DNA of 64,000 bases from a virus (IMGVR_UViG_3300034279_001376:44776-108775); one strand, 5' to 3'. Numbered from the stretch's first letter, positions 27,109-35,819 are shown. A program made the numbers and translations. Notes: generated by a model not told the origin, from the letters alone.

Positions 27109-27433
27109 AATTACAGTAAAGCAAATCCAAAAGATAATTGAGGAAATACAACCTCAAAAACTTACAGAAATATTTAGTCAATCAGAAGGAGCCACAACCA
27201 TTGTCTTTTGGGCAGGTGGTGTATTTCCTGACAGATATGTAGCAGATTGGAGAAACACAAAACCTCGACAAAGGTTTTGTTACAAGGAAAGTAATCTGAT
27301 TCGTGCAGTACACCAATACAATTTAATGGTGGAAATGCACAATGAGGACACAGAAAAAGAAGAATTAAGCGGTAGTTGTAATGATGCCCAACCGGGAAGT
27401 AATTTTCTGGTTGGGCTACTGCTTTCACAATAA
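27101..27433 (+). CDS. hypothetical protein
   Basis: 110 aa ORF with ATG start. Confidence 0.5.
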   Translation: MNKITVKQIQKIIEEIQPQKLTEIFSQSEGATTIVFWAGGVFPDRYVADWRNTKPRQRFCYKESNLIRAVHQYNLMVEMHNEDTEKEELSGSCNDAQPGSNFLVGLLLSQ

Positions 27434-27445
27434 AAAACTAAAATC

Positions 27446-27808
27446 ATGCAAAAAAGCGTAATGATGACCGCAACAGTTGGTCTTGTAGCAGGTTACAATA
27501 ATAATGTAAATCCAGATTGGACACATGTTAATTTTCTACTTTGGAAAATGAGCCAAGAACATGTTCCCTTTTGTTACCAATTTTCCAGAGTTGTTTATCC
27601 TTCTAAATGGGGCTGCCCTGCTGGTGGTGAGCATGTAGTTGTTATAACAGCAATGGCAAATCCTGAATTTGAAAAAGATATAGAAGCATGGAAAGAAAAA
27701 TATGTTCAAGCAATCGAATGGCTTTCAATTGCACTAAAACAAGAAACGTCTCAAATATTTTTTCAAGAAGGAGAATTTAAATACTTAAAGCCATCCGGTA
27801 AGGCGTAA
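27446..27808 (+). CDS. hypothetical protein
   Basis: 120 aa ORF with ATG start. Confidence 0.5.
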   Translation: MQKSVMMTATVGLVAGYNNNVNPDWTHVNFLLWKMSQEHVPFCYQFSRVVYPSKWGCPAGGEHVVVITAMANPEFEKDIEAWKEKYVQAIEWLSIALKQETSQIFFQEGEFKYLKPSGKA

Positions 27809-27829
27809 ACCTGAAAATTTAGAAACAAC

Positions 27830-28712
27830 TTTAAGCAATATCTTTACTAAGCCCTCATTATTCCAGAGCCTCTGGTTAACAGTAATGAAACATGGCAATG
27901 CCAGTAAAGTAAAACCTTAAAGTATATCAAAAGTAATACAAAACTCATAGGATAGTTGCGAGATGTAGATGCTGCTTCTCAGGGAGTAGTTGAGTCAACC
28001 TTGGAATAGCAACAGTGAAGTATTATTTGTTTATAGATAGGCTTGATAACCTATTTTTAAAATTCAAACTAAAATTAAAAATAAGCATGTGGGGCAACAA
28101 GACACTATAAATTGGTTATCGGAAAAAGATGTGATACACATTCCCGCCAATGAATATTATTCTCCTAGTAGTAAAGGTTTAGCCTTTATGAAGCCAGAGT
28201 AGTTTAGTGTTTTTATTGTGCAGACTTGAACAGCGATGGTTAACCCATCTAATCTACATGTGGTAGTGTAGTAGTTCCTGTATTAAGTACCTATGTTAAA
28301 CAACCGTTATTACTTGCGCAGGAACTTGAAACAAACTAACAAGGCGGAGTAATTGTAATAGGTTTGGGCTTTTATTGAATGAAATTACTGACCTGCAAAT
28401 GTAGGTAAGAGTAAGGTAAAGCCTTTAGGGAAGAGATTAATACAGAAAAATCATGCAGTGGTACGGCCTTAATCCGTGCAAATCCAAATCTGTACAGAAC
28501 GGATTCATAACCAAATAGTGAATAGGTTATCCCGGCTGTGGGTAAAACAGTAGTCCTTAAAATGGGGGAAGATAACAAGTCATACTTACAAGCCTAGGTA
28601 ATTGTATTTATGGCTAATACGTGGTAGTATGTATGTTATAAACTAAATTAAATAGAGTACAAAATTAGTACTTAAATAGATTTAGTACAGGTTCGATTCC
28701 TGCTTCCTCCGC
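27830..28712 (+). ncRNA. long ORF-free, GC-richer region; candidate large structured ncRNA and/or degenerate tRNA cluster
   Basis: About 900 bp with no plausible ORF; the only table ORF, 28372-28578 (-), looks spurious. Many local inverted repeats (for example gttcctg...caggaac at 28274-28325). Ends in a tRNA-like T-arm GGTTCGATTCC (28690-28700) plus an acceptor-like 3' strand. Confidence 0.3.
28687..28711 (+). other. tRNA-like 3' element: T-stem/loop (acagg-TTCGATT-cctgc) plus 7-nt acceptor-like strand
   Basis: Canonical T-loop TTCGATT with a 4-5 bp stem. No convincing full cloverleaf could be assembled by eye. A distal complement gcggag at 28345-28350 could pair with ctccgc at 28706-28711. 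Confidence 0.3.
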
Positions 28713-28726
28713 TAAACTTTAAAAAC

Positions 28727-29143
28727 ATGAAAAACATGAAATACAGTTTTACAATAAGAATTCACCAAGGTAAACGAACTTGCTTATCTGATTTACAAAG
28801 CCTTGTAATTTCTGAAATAACTATTGTGTCTAAATCTTCTAAATTTGGGGGCTTATGTACACATTTAAGCAATCAAAAGAAATTTGGTTACTCTTTGTCT
28901 TTAAGTAAAAAGTTTTTAAATGTTGGTGGAAGTAATAATTCACCTCGTTTAACATTTAAAGGAGAATACTTAGATATTCAAATCAAAGACTTTCCAAGAT
29001 ACCCTGCATTTTGTCAAGACAAGTATGCGGCTCTTGGTTGCTTAAAAGGGTATGGGTACACAAATCACATCAATAAAGGATTTCCTATTGAATTTCTTTA
29101 TAGAAAAATTGAAATCTTAAACCTTAAACAAAACAAATTATGA
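28727..29143 (+). CDS. hypothetical protein
   Basis: 138 aa with ATG start 15 nt after the tRNA-like element. Confidence 0.45.
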   Translation: MKNMKYSFTIRIHQGKRTCLSDLQSLVISEITIVSKSSKFGGLCTHLSNQKKFGYSLSLSKKFLNVGGSNNSPRLTFKGEYLDIQIKDFPRYPAFCQDKYAALGCLKGYGYTNHINKGFPIEFLYRKIEILNLKQNKL

Positions 29144-29238
29144 TAAAGTTAACAGATCTTGCCTAGGATGACAAAACCCATAATTATGAAATATTCATAG
29201 GAGAAGTTACTAAATACAATGTAGCAGAATCTCTTAGA

Positions 29239-29556
29239 TTGAGTTTTGAAAGGCTTGGTGGAAAGTACCTTTTAGAATATTTAGAGGCACAAGGAGAACA
29301 AGTAACTTCTTTTAGTTTTCCTTTGCATGTTAACAAGGAAATACTTCAAACCATTCTCAAAAACACTTGTTTTGAATGTGGAGGGTTAATGAAAGATGGA
29401 ACTGTAATCAAGAACCAAAAGTTTCGAGTATTAACTGACAATGGTTATATTCCCTATCCAGAAGGACCAGCAACTTTACAGCAATGCCGCAAATGCACCA
29501 GTTGTGGACATTCTCACATTGGAAATCAATTATTACCAATAAATCCTCATGTATAA
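29239..29556 (+). CDS. putative zinc-ribbon protein (TTG start as given)
   Basis: 105 aa. CFECGG...CRKCTSCGH gives two CxxC pairs. There is no in-frame ATG before the first CxxC, so a TTG or other non-ATG start is implied. Confidence 0.35.
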   Translation: MSFERLGGKYLLEYLEAQGEQVTSFSFPLHVNKEILQTILKNTCFECGGLMKDGTVIKNQKFRVLTDNGYIPYPEGPATLQQCRKCTSCGHSHIGNQLLPINPHV

Positions 29557-29648
29557 TTATGAAATTAATCAAATTTTTAATTAACTTTTTCAAATCAAAA
29601 CCTTCTAATTCTGTTGAAGAATGGGAAGGTAGATTTTAAACTAAATAA

Positions 29649-30437
29649 ATGGTAAAAGAAATCAAAAAGATAGTTACCCATGATGGGGTGTTTCACGCAG
29701 ATGAAGTAGTAGCAGTAGCACTACTTAGATTACAAGGCTGGGATTGTCCAGTTATCAGGACTAGAGACAAGCAAATTGTTTCTGAGGCTTTGCTTGACCC
29801 AGAAATCATGGTGCTAGATCAAGGAGGGGAATATAATATCTCTATGTTAAACCTTGACCACCATCAAGACATGAACTTACAAAGTGCAGCAGGTTTAGTT
29901 TGGAGTAATTTTAACGCTTATATTCTTTCTGATTTAGCCAAAGGCTTTTTTCAGGAGTTTATAAACGGTATTGATAAATGGGACACAAATCGGGATGGTT
30001 GCCACGGTGAGTGGAAACAGGAGTTCAGAAATTTCTCACATCTTATAGCGGGATTTAATAGGGATCCTTTCGATAGTGTTCGTCAAGATACACAATTTGA
30101 AAGGGCAGTTCAATTTGCTATGGCTGTTATTAGGAACGAAAAAGAATCTGCTCTTGAAAAAGCCAAAGCAGAAAAAGAGTATTCCGAACACACAGTAATA
30201 AATGGAATAGCATTGTTTCCTAAGTTCTCCCCTATTTGGAAAGAAAAAGGGGAATATGAATTTGCAGTCATGCCTCATCCTAGCGGATGGCAAGTAGTGG
30301 CTGCAAAAATTGTAAACAAAGTAGTACCGGAAACTGCAAAAGATTTTGAAGGGTTTATTTTCCGACATAATACTGGGTTTATGGCTACCTTTGACACCTT
30401 AGATTCTATTATGGAGTTTGTTAAAACATTTAAATAA
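29649..30437 (+). CDS. MYG1 / UPF0160-family metal-dependent hydrolase-like protein
   Basis: 262 aa. N-terminal THDGVFHADEVVAVALL matches the UPF0160 (MYG1 exonuclease family) signature T-H-x-G-x-F-H-x-D-E. Downstream His/Asp-rich LDHHQD. Confidence 0.6.
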   Translation: MVKEIKKIVTHDGVFHADEVVAVALLRLQGWDCPVIRTRDKQIVSEALLDPEIMVLDQGGEYNISMLNLDHHQDMNLQSAAGLVWSNFNAYILSDLAKGFFQEFINGIDKWDTNRDGCHGEWKQEFRNFSHLIAGFNRDPFDSVRQDTQFERAVQFAMAVIRNEKESALEKAKAEKEYSEHTVINGIALFPKFSPIWKEKGEYEFAVMPHPSGWQVVAAKIVNKVVPETAKDFEGFIFRHNTGFMATFDTLDSIMEFVKTFK

Positions 30438-30718
30438 TGAAATACCTTTTTATTTTTCTCCTCTTGCCTTTTATGGCAACAGCACAAGACACCCTTCCTT
30501 TAACCAACCATGTTTATTGTTTGGTAGGAAATGAACTAGTTAAACCATCAGAGGATTCTGTGGCTTATGCACAATATAATGGGTTATTACCTACTATATG
30601 GACTTATAAAGGGCGTACTGTTTATCATTACATAGACAAGTCTGTGGATGGAAAATGGGTCACTCGACTATGTATCATTTACAAAAAACGAAACAGATGG
30701 AAAACACGGATTCTGTAA
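30437..30718 (+). CDS. secreted small protein (signal peptide)
   Basis: 93 aa. MKYLFIFLLLPFMATAQ is a classic cleavable signal peptide. ATGA/TAATG overlap with the upstream gene. Confidence 0.5.
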   Translation: MKYLFIFLLLPFMATAQDTLPLTNHVYCLVGNELVKPSEDSVAYAQYNGLLPTIWTYKGRTVYHYIDKSVDGKWVTRLCIIYKKRNRWKTRIL

Positions 30719-30951
30719 CTAAAAAGCAAATCATTCTTTTAACTCTTCTTGAACAAGAGGAGTTGTGGGGGGAGCATTTACGCATTTACACAGAAGGTGC
30801 AAAATGTTTTGTTAAAAATTCAGAAAGGGCATTAATAGTATCTGTTTATAATGTACAAGGCGTAGGGCATAAATTAGTGACTAAGTTACAATTGCTTGGG
30901 TTCCAATTTTCAAATAGTGAAGTAGGACACCACAAGTTTAGATTTGATTAA
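30697..30951 (+). CDS. small hypothetical protein
   Basis: The table ORF 30655-30951 overlaps the previous gene by 64 nt. The internal ATG at 30697 (MENTDSV...) is a more likely start. Confidence 0.4.
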   Translation: MENTDSVTKKQIILLTLLEQEELWGEHLRIYTEGAKCFVKNSERALIVSVYNVQGVGHKLVTKLQLLGFQFSNSEVGHHKFRFD

Positions 30952-31146
30952 AACAGAGACGAAGTTTGTCTTATACTTCGGGTATAAGCAAACACCAGTG
31001 AGGTGCAAACACCCGTTTATCAGTTTCTACCCAATAGGTTGTAAGTGAAACTGTACTAGCCCCGTTCATATAGCAGACAATATGCTCCTCTTCTAAGGGA
31101 GTCACAGGGGTGCAAATCCTCTACGGGGTACTAAATTATTAAAATT

Positions 31147-31455
31147 ATGCAAGAAATATTCAGTAAAACATATTTGAACGCCAGAGAGATTTCTACTATT
31201 GTAGATTCAGATTGGCCACAAGACAGGAAAGAAAGATTTTTATGTTCAAATTTACAAGAATATCTTGTGAGTTTGAAAGTAGGACTAGAGCATGTACATG
31301 GGTTGGCTATGCACATTGTAAGCAGGGACCCGAAATCAATTTTGTTCTATAAAGACAGAAAACCAGAAGATTGGATCAGGATAGCCTCTGAGGGATTCAC
31401 AGCAATAAAAGATATTAGTATTCCTGTACTCGGTGCAGAATACTTTAAGAAGTAG
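31147..31455 (+). CDS. hypothetical protein
   Basis: 102 aa ORF with ATG start. Confidence 0.5.
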   Translation: MQEIFSKTYLNAREISTIVDSDWPQDRKERFLCSNLQEYLVSLKVGLEHVHGLAMHIVSRDPKSILFYKDRKPEDWIRIASEGFTAIKDISIPVLGAEYFKK

Positions 31456-31555
31456 ATTTTTTTCATGTTTTGATTTATCTGACCTGTTGGAAAATAGAGT
31501 CAGTTTTAGTAGTCACCAACCATTTATTATATAGATAAATTTAAAAACGTTTTCA

Positions 31556-32470
31556 TTGATTTTTGTATTATTGCTGATTGTTTTTGGGTTGCAGAAACTT
31601 GCAACTTATGCTAAAGGCCCAGTAGTGTTTTTGCCTTATGTGTTATTCTTTATTGTAGTCGCTGTTATTGCAGTTAACTGGCGTAAATTGGCCAATTTCT
31701 TTATTTTTATTCCGTTGTTGTTTACAGCATGTAATTTTATTGCATCAGACAAAATTGGGGTAAGAGTAGAAAATTTTGGGCATGAACCAGCCGACTATGC
31801 CTTAGTCTATGGTAAATTCCCATCAGATTGGTCCGCAAGTTCTTGGAATCTTGAATTTCCGGGACAGTCTTTTGGAGTGCCAGTTGATCCTTTTCAAGTA
31901 TCTACAAAAGATGGCGTTTCATTTACTTGTGACCCATCCGTACTTGTTGCTTTAATTAGGACTAACGAGGCTTGTCAAAAGTTTGCGTTTAAATTTAGTG
32001 CTTATAAGAGCGAAGAAGATTTTCAAAAGGCAATTGCACAGATTATTTTGAAAGAATCTGTGGATGCTATCAGGTACACTGTTGGGTCATTTTCATCAGA
32101 TACTATTCTATTTAATAGAACTGGCTTTGAGACTATGATTCAAACAAAATTAGCAACACGTTTAGACAAGGAGTATGGTATCAGTCTAAGTCAATTTAGT
32201 TTGACATTGGATCCTCCTGCTTCTTTACAACAGGCTATTAATGACAGGTTACTAGCACAAGAGCAAACTAAAAAAACTTTAGCAGCAGTTGAAAACGCAA
32301 AAGCAGAAGTAATTCTAGCACAAATCCAAAAAAAGAAAATGTTGGTTCAAACAGCAGGTTACACTGAGGCTTATCTTAGGAACAAAGCCTTAGATGTTTA
32401 TTGGAGTTTGAGTGCATCACCTAACAAAGTATTTGTTTTGGGAGATCCAAAAAGTTTAATTATTCAATAA
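31556..32470 (+). CDS. SPFH / band-7 (stomatin/prohibitin/HflC-like) domain membrane protein
   Basis: 304 aa with N-terminal TM helices. The core ...IGVRVENFG...PSVLVALIRT...IAQIILKESVDAIRYTVGSFSSDTILFNRTGFETMIQTKLATRLDKEYGISLSQFSLTLDPPASLQQAINDRLLAQEQTKK... is typical of the SPFH fold. The ORF initiates at TTG with no in-frame ATG near the 5' end. Confidence 0.55.
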   Translation: MIFVLLLIVFGLQKLATYAKGPVVFLPYVLFFIVVAVIAVNWRKLANFFIFIPLLFTACNFIASDKIGVRVENFGHEPADYALVYGKFPSDWSASSWNLEFPGQSFGVPVDPFQVSTKDGVSFTCDPSVLVALIRTNEACQKFAFKFSAYKSEEDFQKAIAQIILKESVDAIRYTVGSFSSDTILFNRTGFETMIQTKLATRLDKEYGISLSQFSLTLDPPASLQQAINDRLLAQEQTKKTLAAVENAKAEVILAQIQKKKMLVQTAGYTEAYLRNKALDVYWSLSASPNKVFVLGDPKSLIIQ

Positions 32471-32603
32471 ACAAAAGTTTATTGAATGGAATCAGGTGGT
32501 GGAAAGTTAAACACTAATCAAAAGACTTTGAACTAGAAATAGTTGTAACGCGAGGGCATTGAGCGAGGTAAGGTCTGATGGTAGCAATTTTATGCAGTTG
32601 CTT

Positions 32604-32637
32604 GAGAGTTCGAGACTCTCCCTGATTACGAAATATT
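32604..32637 (+). repeat. module copy 1: T-arm-like hairpin (gagag-TTCGAGA-ctctc) immediately followed by the conserved 15-mer cctgattacgaaata
   Basis: 5-bp stem with a TTCRANY-type loop, then a 15-nt block shared exactly with copy 2. Confidence 0.5.
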
Positions 32638-32719
32638 AGAAAAGATCGGGTAGCAGAATGTAAATGCAGTGGTATGCAAGGTTTACCACGTTAGGTAAAA
32701 GGCAGGAATGCACCAATGT

Positions 32720-32752
32720 CTCTAACACTAAAGGTTCAAGTCCTTTCCTGAT
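32720..32752 (+). repeat. module copy 2: T-arm-like hairpin (aaagg-TTCAAGT-ccttt) followed by cctgattacgaaata
   Basis: Same architecture as copy 1 with a different stem sequence (compensatory) and an identical 3' 15-mer. Confidence 0.5.
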
Positions 32753-32784
32753 TACGAAATAATTGGAAAAACTTGTTAGATTTA

Positions 32785-32814
32785 GACTGTCTTGTTGTAA
32801 AGCAAGGCAGTCTT
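32785..32814 (+). other. 11-bp hairpin agactgtcttg-ttgtaaag-caaggcagtct
   Basis: Stem of 10 Watson-Crick pairs plus one U-G wobble, inside the ORF-free region. Confidence 0.4.
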
Positions 32815-32877
32815 ATACCTAAATAGATTCTATTGAGGTAAAAAGTTTGCTATAAATCAGCAAACTATAAAAGTATG

Positions 32878-32947
32878 AGGGAGTTAGCCTTAAAGTAAAG
32901 GCCAGTATTTGCTATACGGTATGCTGGTTCAAATCCAGTACTCTCTC
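32878..32947 (+). tRNA. tRNA-like element (possible degenerate tRNA, anticodon-loop reading UGC)
   Basis: Acceptor agggagt/actctct (7 bp including one G-U). U8. D-stem gcct/aggc. T-arm gctgg-TTCAAAT-ccagt. The anticodon stem has an A-G mismatch, the variable loop is only 3 nt and position 37 is a pyrimidine, so it is non-canonical. Confidence 0.25.
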
Positions 32948-33017
32948 CCGAAACGGGTTGGTAACCTAGGACTGCTGTAAAGTGGGACTAGGATTTTTAA
33001 CATTTAACATTTAAAAA

Positions 33018-33317
33018 ATGGAAAAACTATCAAAAGATTTTTGGCTTACAGTCCGAAAAGAATACTCTGAATCCAAAGGGCAAGTATTTCTTTGTCATGG
33101 TTCTGAAACTTTTGAAAAAATGTGGGATAATAAAGAGTCCAGATTAAAAGTAAAAGAACTTGAAGAAAAGTTTATGGAGGACAATTCATTCAATTTTAAT
33201 TATAGTACTCTTGAGCACCTTTTATTTTCCAGACATGAAGGAAATGATTATCAACTAAAAACACAATTTATTAATTGGATTATAAAAAACGAATTATATG
33301 AGTTGCAAAAAATGTAA
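33018..33317 (+). CDS. small protein, 'KxFW' family member 2
   Basis: 99 aa with ATG start. MEKLSKDFWLTVRKEYSESKGQVFLCHGSETFEKMW. Confidence 0.55.
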   Translation: MEKLSKDFWLTVRKEYSESKGQVFLCHGSETFEKMWDNKESRLKVKELEEKFMEDNSFNFNYSTLEHLLFSRHEGNDYQLKTQFINWIIKNELYELQKM

Positions 33318-33681
33318 CGGCACGGGTTGGATAGGAAATTTCCTATGCGTGTGTCAAACACTATTGACGAAATTAATGCTTATTTTTCTTTTGTTTTTCT
33401 TTGTTCAATGCGCAGACAAAGGACTTGAAAGTGCTTATGCAAAACAAGACCTTATCTTATTGATGAGAAAAAACCAAGAAAAATTTACTGTATCAGAGGC
33501 ACATTTGTTGCTGTCTGGTCATGTAAAAGCAGAGGAAATAGAAATAATTTTAAGTACTTTCACAGGTAAATGGAGTACCTCAAAATGCCCTTCATTTAAC
33601 AAATCAGTTCTGTATTCTCGTTTAGAAAACGACAGAAACACAGAATTGATACAAAAAATACAAAGTTATGGAAATCAATAA
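33298..33681 (+). CDS. small Cys-rich / lipoprotein-like protein
   Basis: 127 aa with ATG start and a 20-nt overlap with the upstream gene. MSCKKCNGTGW...CVCQ is followed by a hydrophobic segment FFFVQCADKG. An alternative start MLIFLL... lies at 33376. Confidence 0.45.
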   Translation: MSCKKCNGTGWIGNFLCVCQTLLTKLMLIFLLFFFVQCADKGLESAYAKQDLILLMRKNQEKFTVSEAHLLLSGHVKAEEIEIILSTFTGKWSTSKCPSFNKSVLYSRLENDRNTELIQKIQSYGNQ

Positions 33682-33985
33682 ACAGTTTTGGCAACAAGTA
33701 AAAGCCGAATATGAAGCAGACAATTTTTATTGTTCATATTTGTGTCATGCCTCTCCCACATTTAAAAAAGTTTGGTGGCAACCAGATGAAAAAAATCCAG
33801 ATGAGTTTGTCCCAAATAAGGAAATAATGAGTCTCGGAAAAGTATTTCTTGCACAGAATCCTGAACTTGTTAAACGATACTCTTTAACCATTGAAAAAAC
33901 TGTTCTTTTTGCCAGTCTTTTAGAAAATACTCAATTTGTTAAACAATCCCGTATTCCATTTTTGGAATGGGTTATAAAACAATAA
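33668..33985 (+). CDS. small protein, 'KxFW' family member 3
   Basis: 105 aa with ATG start. MEINKQFWQQVKAEYEADNFYCSYLCHASPTFKKVWW. Confidence 0.55.
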   Translation: MEINKQFWQQVKAEYEADNFYCSYLCHASPTFKKVWWQPDEKNPDEFVPNKEIMSLGKVFLAQNPELVKRYSLTIEKTVLFASLLENTQFVKQSRIPFLEWVIKQ

Positions 33986-33987
33986 TT

Positions 33988-34743
33988 ATGTGCATATTTA
34001 ATAAAGAAACGCAAGCAGGAGCCACAAAAATACTAGTAGCCCACAGAGGGTTACGTAGGTGGATGGCTTATCAGATGAAAGTAACATCCCCAGAAAAATC
34101 CATGTTGCTTTTACCACAACCTACTGATGCAATAAAATTTCACGATACTACTGCTTATGCAGAGTTTCTTGATCTTTTGGCAATCCAAGTTGGTGAGAAA
34201 GAAGTAGAAAATACTAGGAGCACTAAAAGCAAAAGTTTTACTCAAGTAGGAGCATATCAAATGGCGGATGTTGAGCCTGAAAATCTTATTGAGTTTTTGC
34301 TTCACCATGAGCAAACAGTGCCTTCATGGTTGCCTAAAATGATTCGATTATACAAAGATTTCAGTTGGTTGTGTGTTGAGATTCCTGCGGGGTTTGATAT
34401 GAAATCTCAGCCTATTCTTATTGAGTACGAACAGAATCAACTCACAGACAAACTCTTTCTCAATATGATGGAAATACACGGTGAGGAAAAAATTGAGGAA
34501 ACAGCAGATAGAGACCATGTAGTAATCTTTGCCAACGAGTTAATTACTGAGAAATCAGGAGGGTTTAGAACTGAAATTCCTAATTTTCCTTGGGATTGGG
34601 GTTACATTGGTACTACAATTAAATCTGTTCCTAATAAACGTTTCAAAAACGGAGATTTATGGGTTGATATTCGAGAAGACAAAAATTACCCAGAGGAGCC
34701 GGGGTACACAATGAATTTTAAAAACTGGATGTTGCCAGTTTAG
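33988..34743 (+). CDS. hypothetical protein
   Basis: The table ORF starts at 33967, overlapping the upstream gene by 19 nt. The ATG at 33988 (MCIFNKE...) follows the upstream stop directly. Confidence 0.5.
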   Translation: MCIFNKETQAGATKILVAHRGLRRWMAYQMKVTSPEKSMLLLPQPTDAIKFHDTTAYAEFLDLLAIQVGEKEVENTRSTKSKSFTQVGAYQMADVEPENLIEFLLHHEQTVPSWLPKMIRLYKDFSWLCVEIPAGFDMKSQPILIEYEQNQLTDKLFLNMMEIHGEEKIEETADRDHVVIFANELITEKSGGFRTEIPNFPWDWGYIGTTIKSVPNKRFKNGDLWVDIREDKNYPEEPGYTMNFKNWMLPV

Positions 34744-34797
34744 TTAAAAAAGATAGAGTATCTAACAAATACTCTATCTTTGCAAAAAATATACGTT

Positions 34798-35160
34798 ATG
34801 AAATATTTATTATTGTTGAGTTTAGTCTTTTGCTCATGTCAAAAAGACACGCTGAAAGTTGAAACGGAACTAATGAAAACTGAATGGAACACAGAGTTCC
34901 GTTTAAGAATGGCAACTACAATGCCAGTGGCTTTTCCGCAGTCCTTAATCTATGAAGTTAATCATTTTCAATTCCGTGAAGATGGTATGTTTGACACTCA
35001 AGGTAACTTTTATTTTGGGAGTTTTAACAAGGATACATTCAACCTCACGGAAAGATTAATTCGGTATTATCCATCTGGAGATACTTTAGTCAGAGAGACT
35101 TTCAGTACTGAAAATCTTGATAGTTGGGGATTGTTAAAATTTACAACTAAATATTATTAA
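34798..35160 (+). CDS. putative lipoprotein
   Basis: MKYLLLLSLVFCSCQKD is a signal peptide with a lipobox-like LVFCSC Cys. The table ORF starts 6 codons upstream at 34780. Confidence 0.55.
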   Translation: MKYLLLLSLVFCSCQKDTLKVETELMKTEWNTEFRLRMATTMPVAFPQSLIYEVNHFQFREDGMFDTQGNFYFGSFNKDTFNLTERLIRYYPSGDTLVRETFSTENLDSWGLLKFTTKYY

Positions 35161-35161
35161 T

Positions 35162-35404
35162 ATGTTTTTGAAAAAATTAAAAGCAGTTATTTATTTTATT
35201 TATTGGTGTTGGCTGTTTCAATGGATTTTTCTTGGAACTGATTTACGTAATGCTTTAGGTTTAAGTCACGATGCTTATGTAAATACAGGATGGGGAAGTA
35301 CTTCAAATATTTACATAGGTGATAAAATTTGGTTTAAAGCATCCTCATTATTAATGTTCAATCTAGGAATCATTATTGATTTCTTAATCATTTTTGCACT
35401 ATGA
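35162..35404 (+). CDS. small membrane protein
   Basis: 80 aa with two hydrophobic helices. Confidence 0.45.
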   Translation: MFLKKLKAVIYFIYWCWLFQWIFLGTDLRNALGLSHDAYVNTGWGSTSNIYIGDKIWFKASSLLMFNLGIIIDFLIIFAL

Positions 35405-35553
35405 TAACACATAAGGAAAAAGAAATTTTAGAGGATATGCGCAAACAACACACCAGAAGGTGCTGTCAATCGTATTGAGTATTTCTTAAAACATGGAGTA
35501 CCCACTGATTTTAAGTATAATGATCCTAGTACTTACAAACCTTTTTATGAAGT

Positions 35554-35808
35554 ATGAAAGAACAATTATGGCTACTCGAAGTAGGAACTGTTTTCTTTTA
35601 TAAAGGCTATGAATGCCTTTTAGAAGGCACAATAGCCAACCTAGAAGATGTAGAAAGATGGATAGTAAAAAGTGATTACAACAGGCTTGAAAATCCTGCT
35701 CCAAAAAAAGGAGCAAAAATGTTAAAATTCCACAAGAAACTCGGTGGTAAATTCCAGACTAAAATTAGTTACTGGATAGACAGAGACACAGAAGTTGAAA
35801 TAAAATAA
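35554..35808 (+). CDS. small hypothetical protein
   Basis: 84 aa ORF with ATG start. Confidence 0.45.
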   Translation: MKEQLWLLEVGTVFFYKGYECLLEGTIANLEDVERWIVKSDYNRLENPAPKKGAKMLKFHKKLGGKFQTKISYWIDRDTEVEIK

Positions 35809-35819
35809 TGTAATAAGAG

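Noticed and set aside
28344-28713. Possible tmRNA (ssrA)-like gene: distal acceptor-like pairing gcggag (28345-28350) with ctccgc (28706-28711) flanking ~360 nt that ends in a T-arm.
   Set aside because: The 5' end lacks the conserved tmRNA motif (GGGGCUGAUUCUGGAUUCGAC-like). No tag reading frame ending in ALAA-stop was found. The best in-frame candidate reads ANPNLYRTDS-stop. This is left as one option within the broader structured-RNA finding.
32604-32755. Two T-arm hairpins interpreted as complete tRNA genes.
   Set aside because: The nearest complementary 5' acceptor strands (aatcagg at 32490, gatcggg at 32643) lie 112-137 nt upstream, too far for a tRNA. No D-arm or anticodon arm could be assembled. 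They are kept as tRNA-like repeat modules instead.
32604-32760. Phage attP site derived from a tRNA 3' end, implying a temperate lifestyle.
   Set aside because: No integrase, recombinase or repressor-cro architecture in the window. The fragments are duplicated with different stems, which fits structured RNA elements better than an att core.
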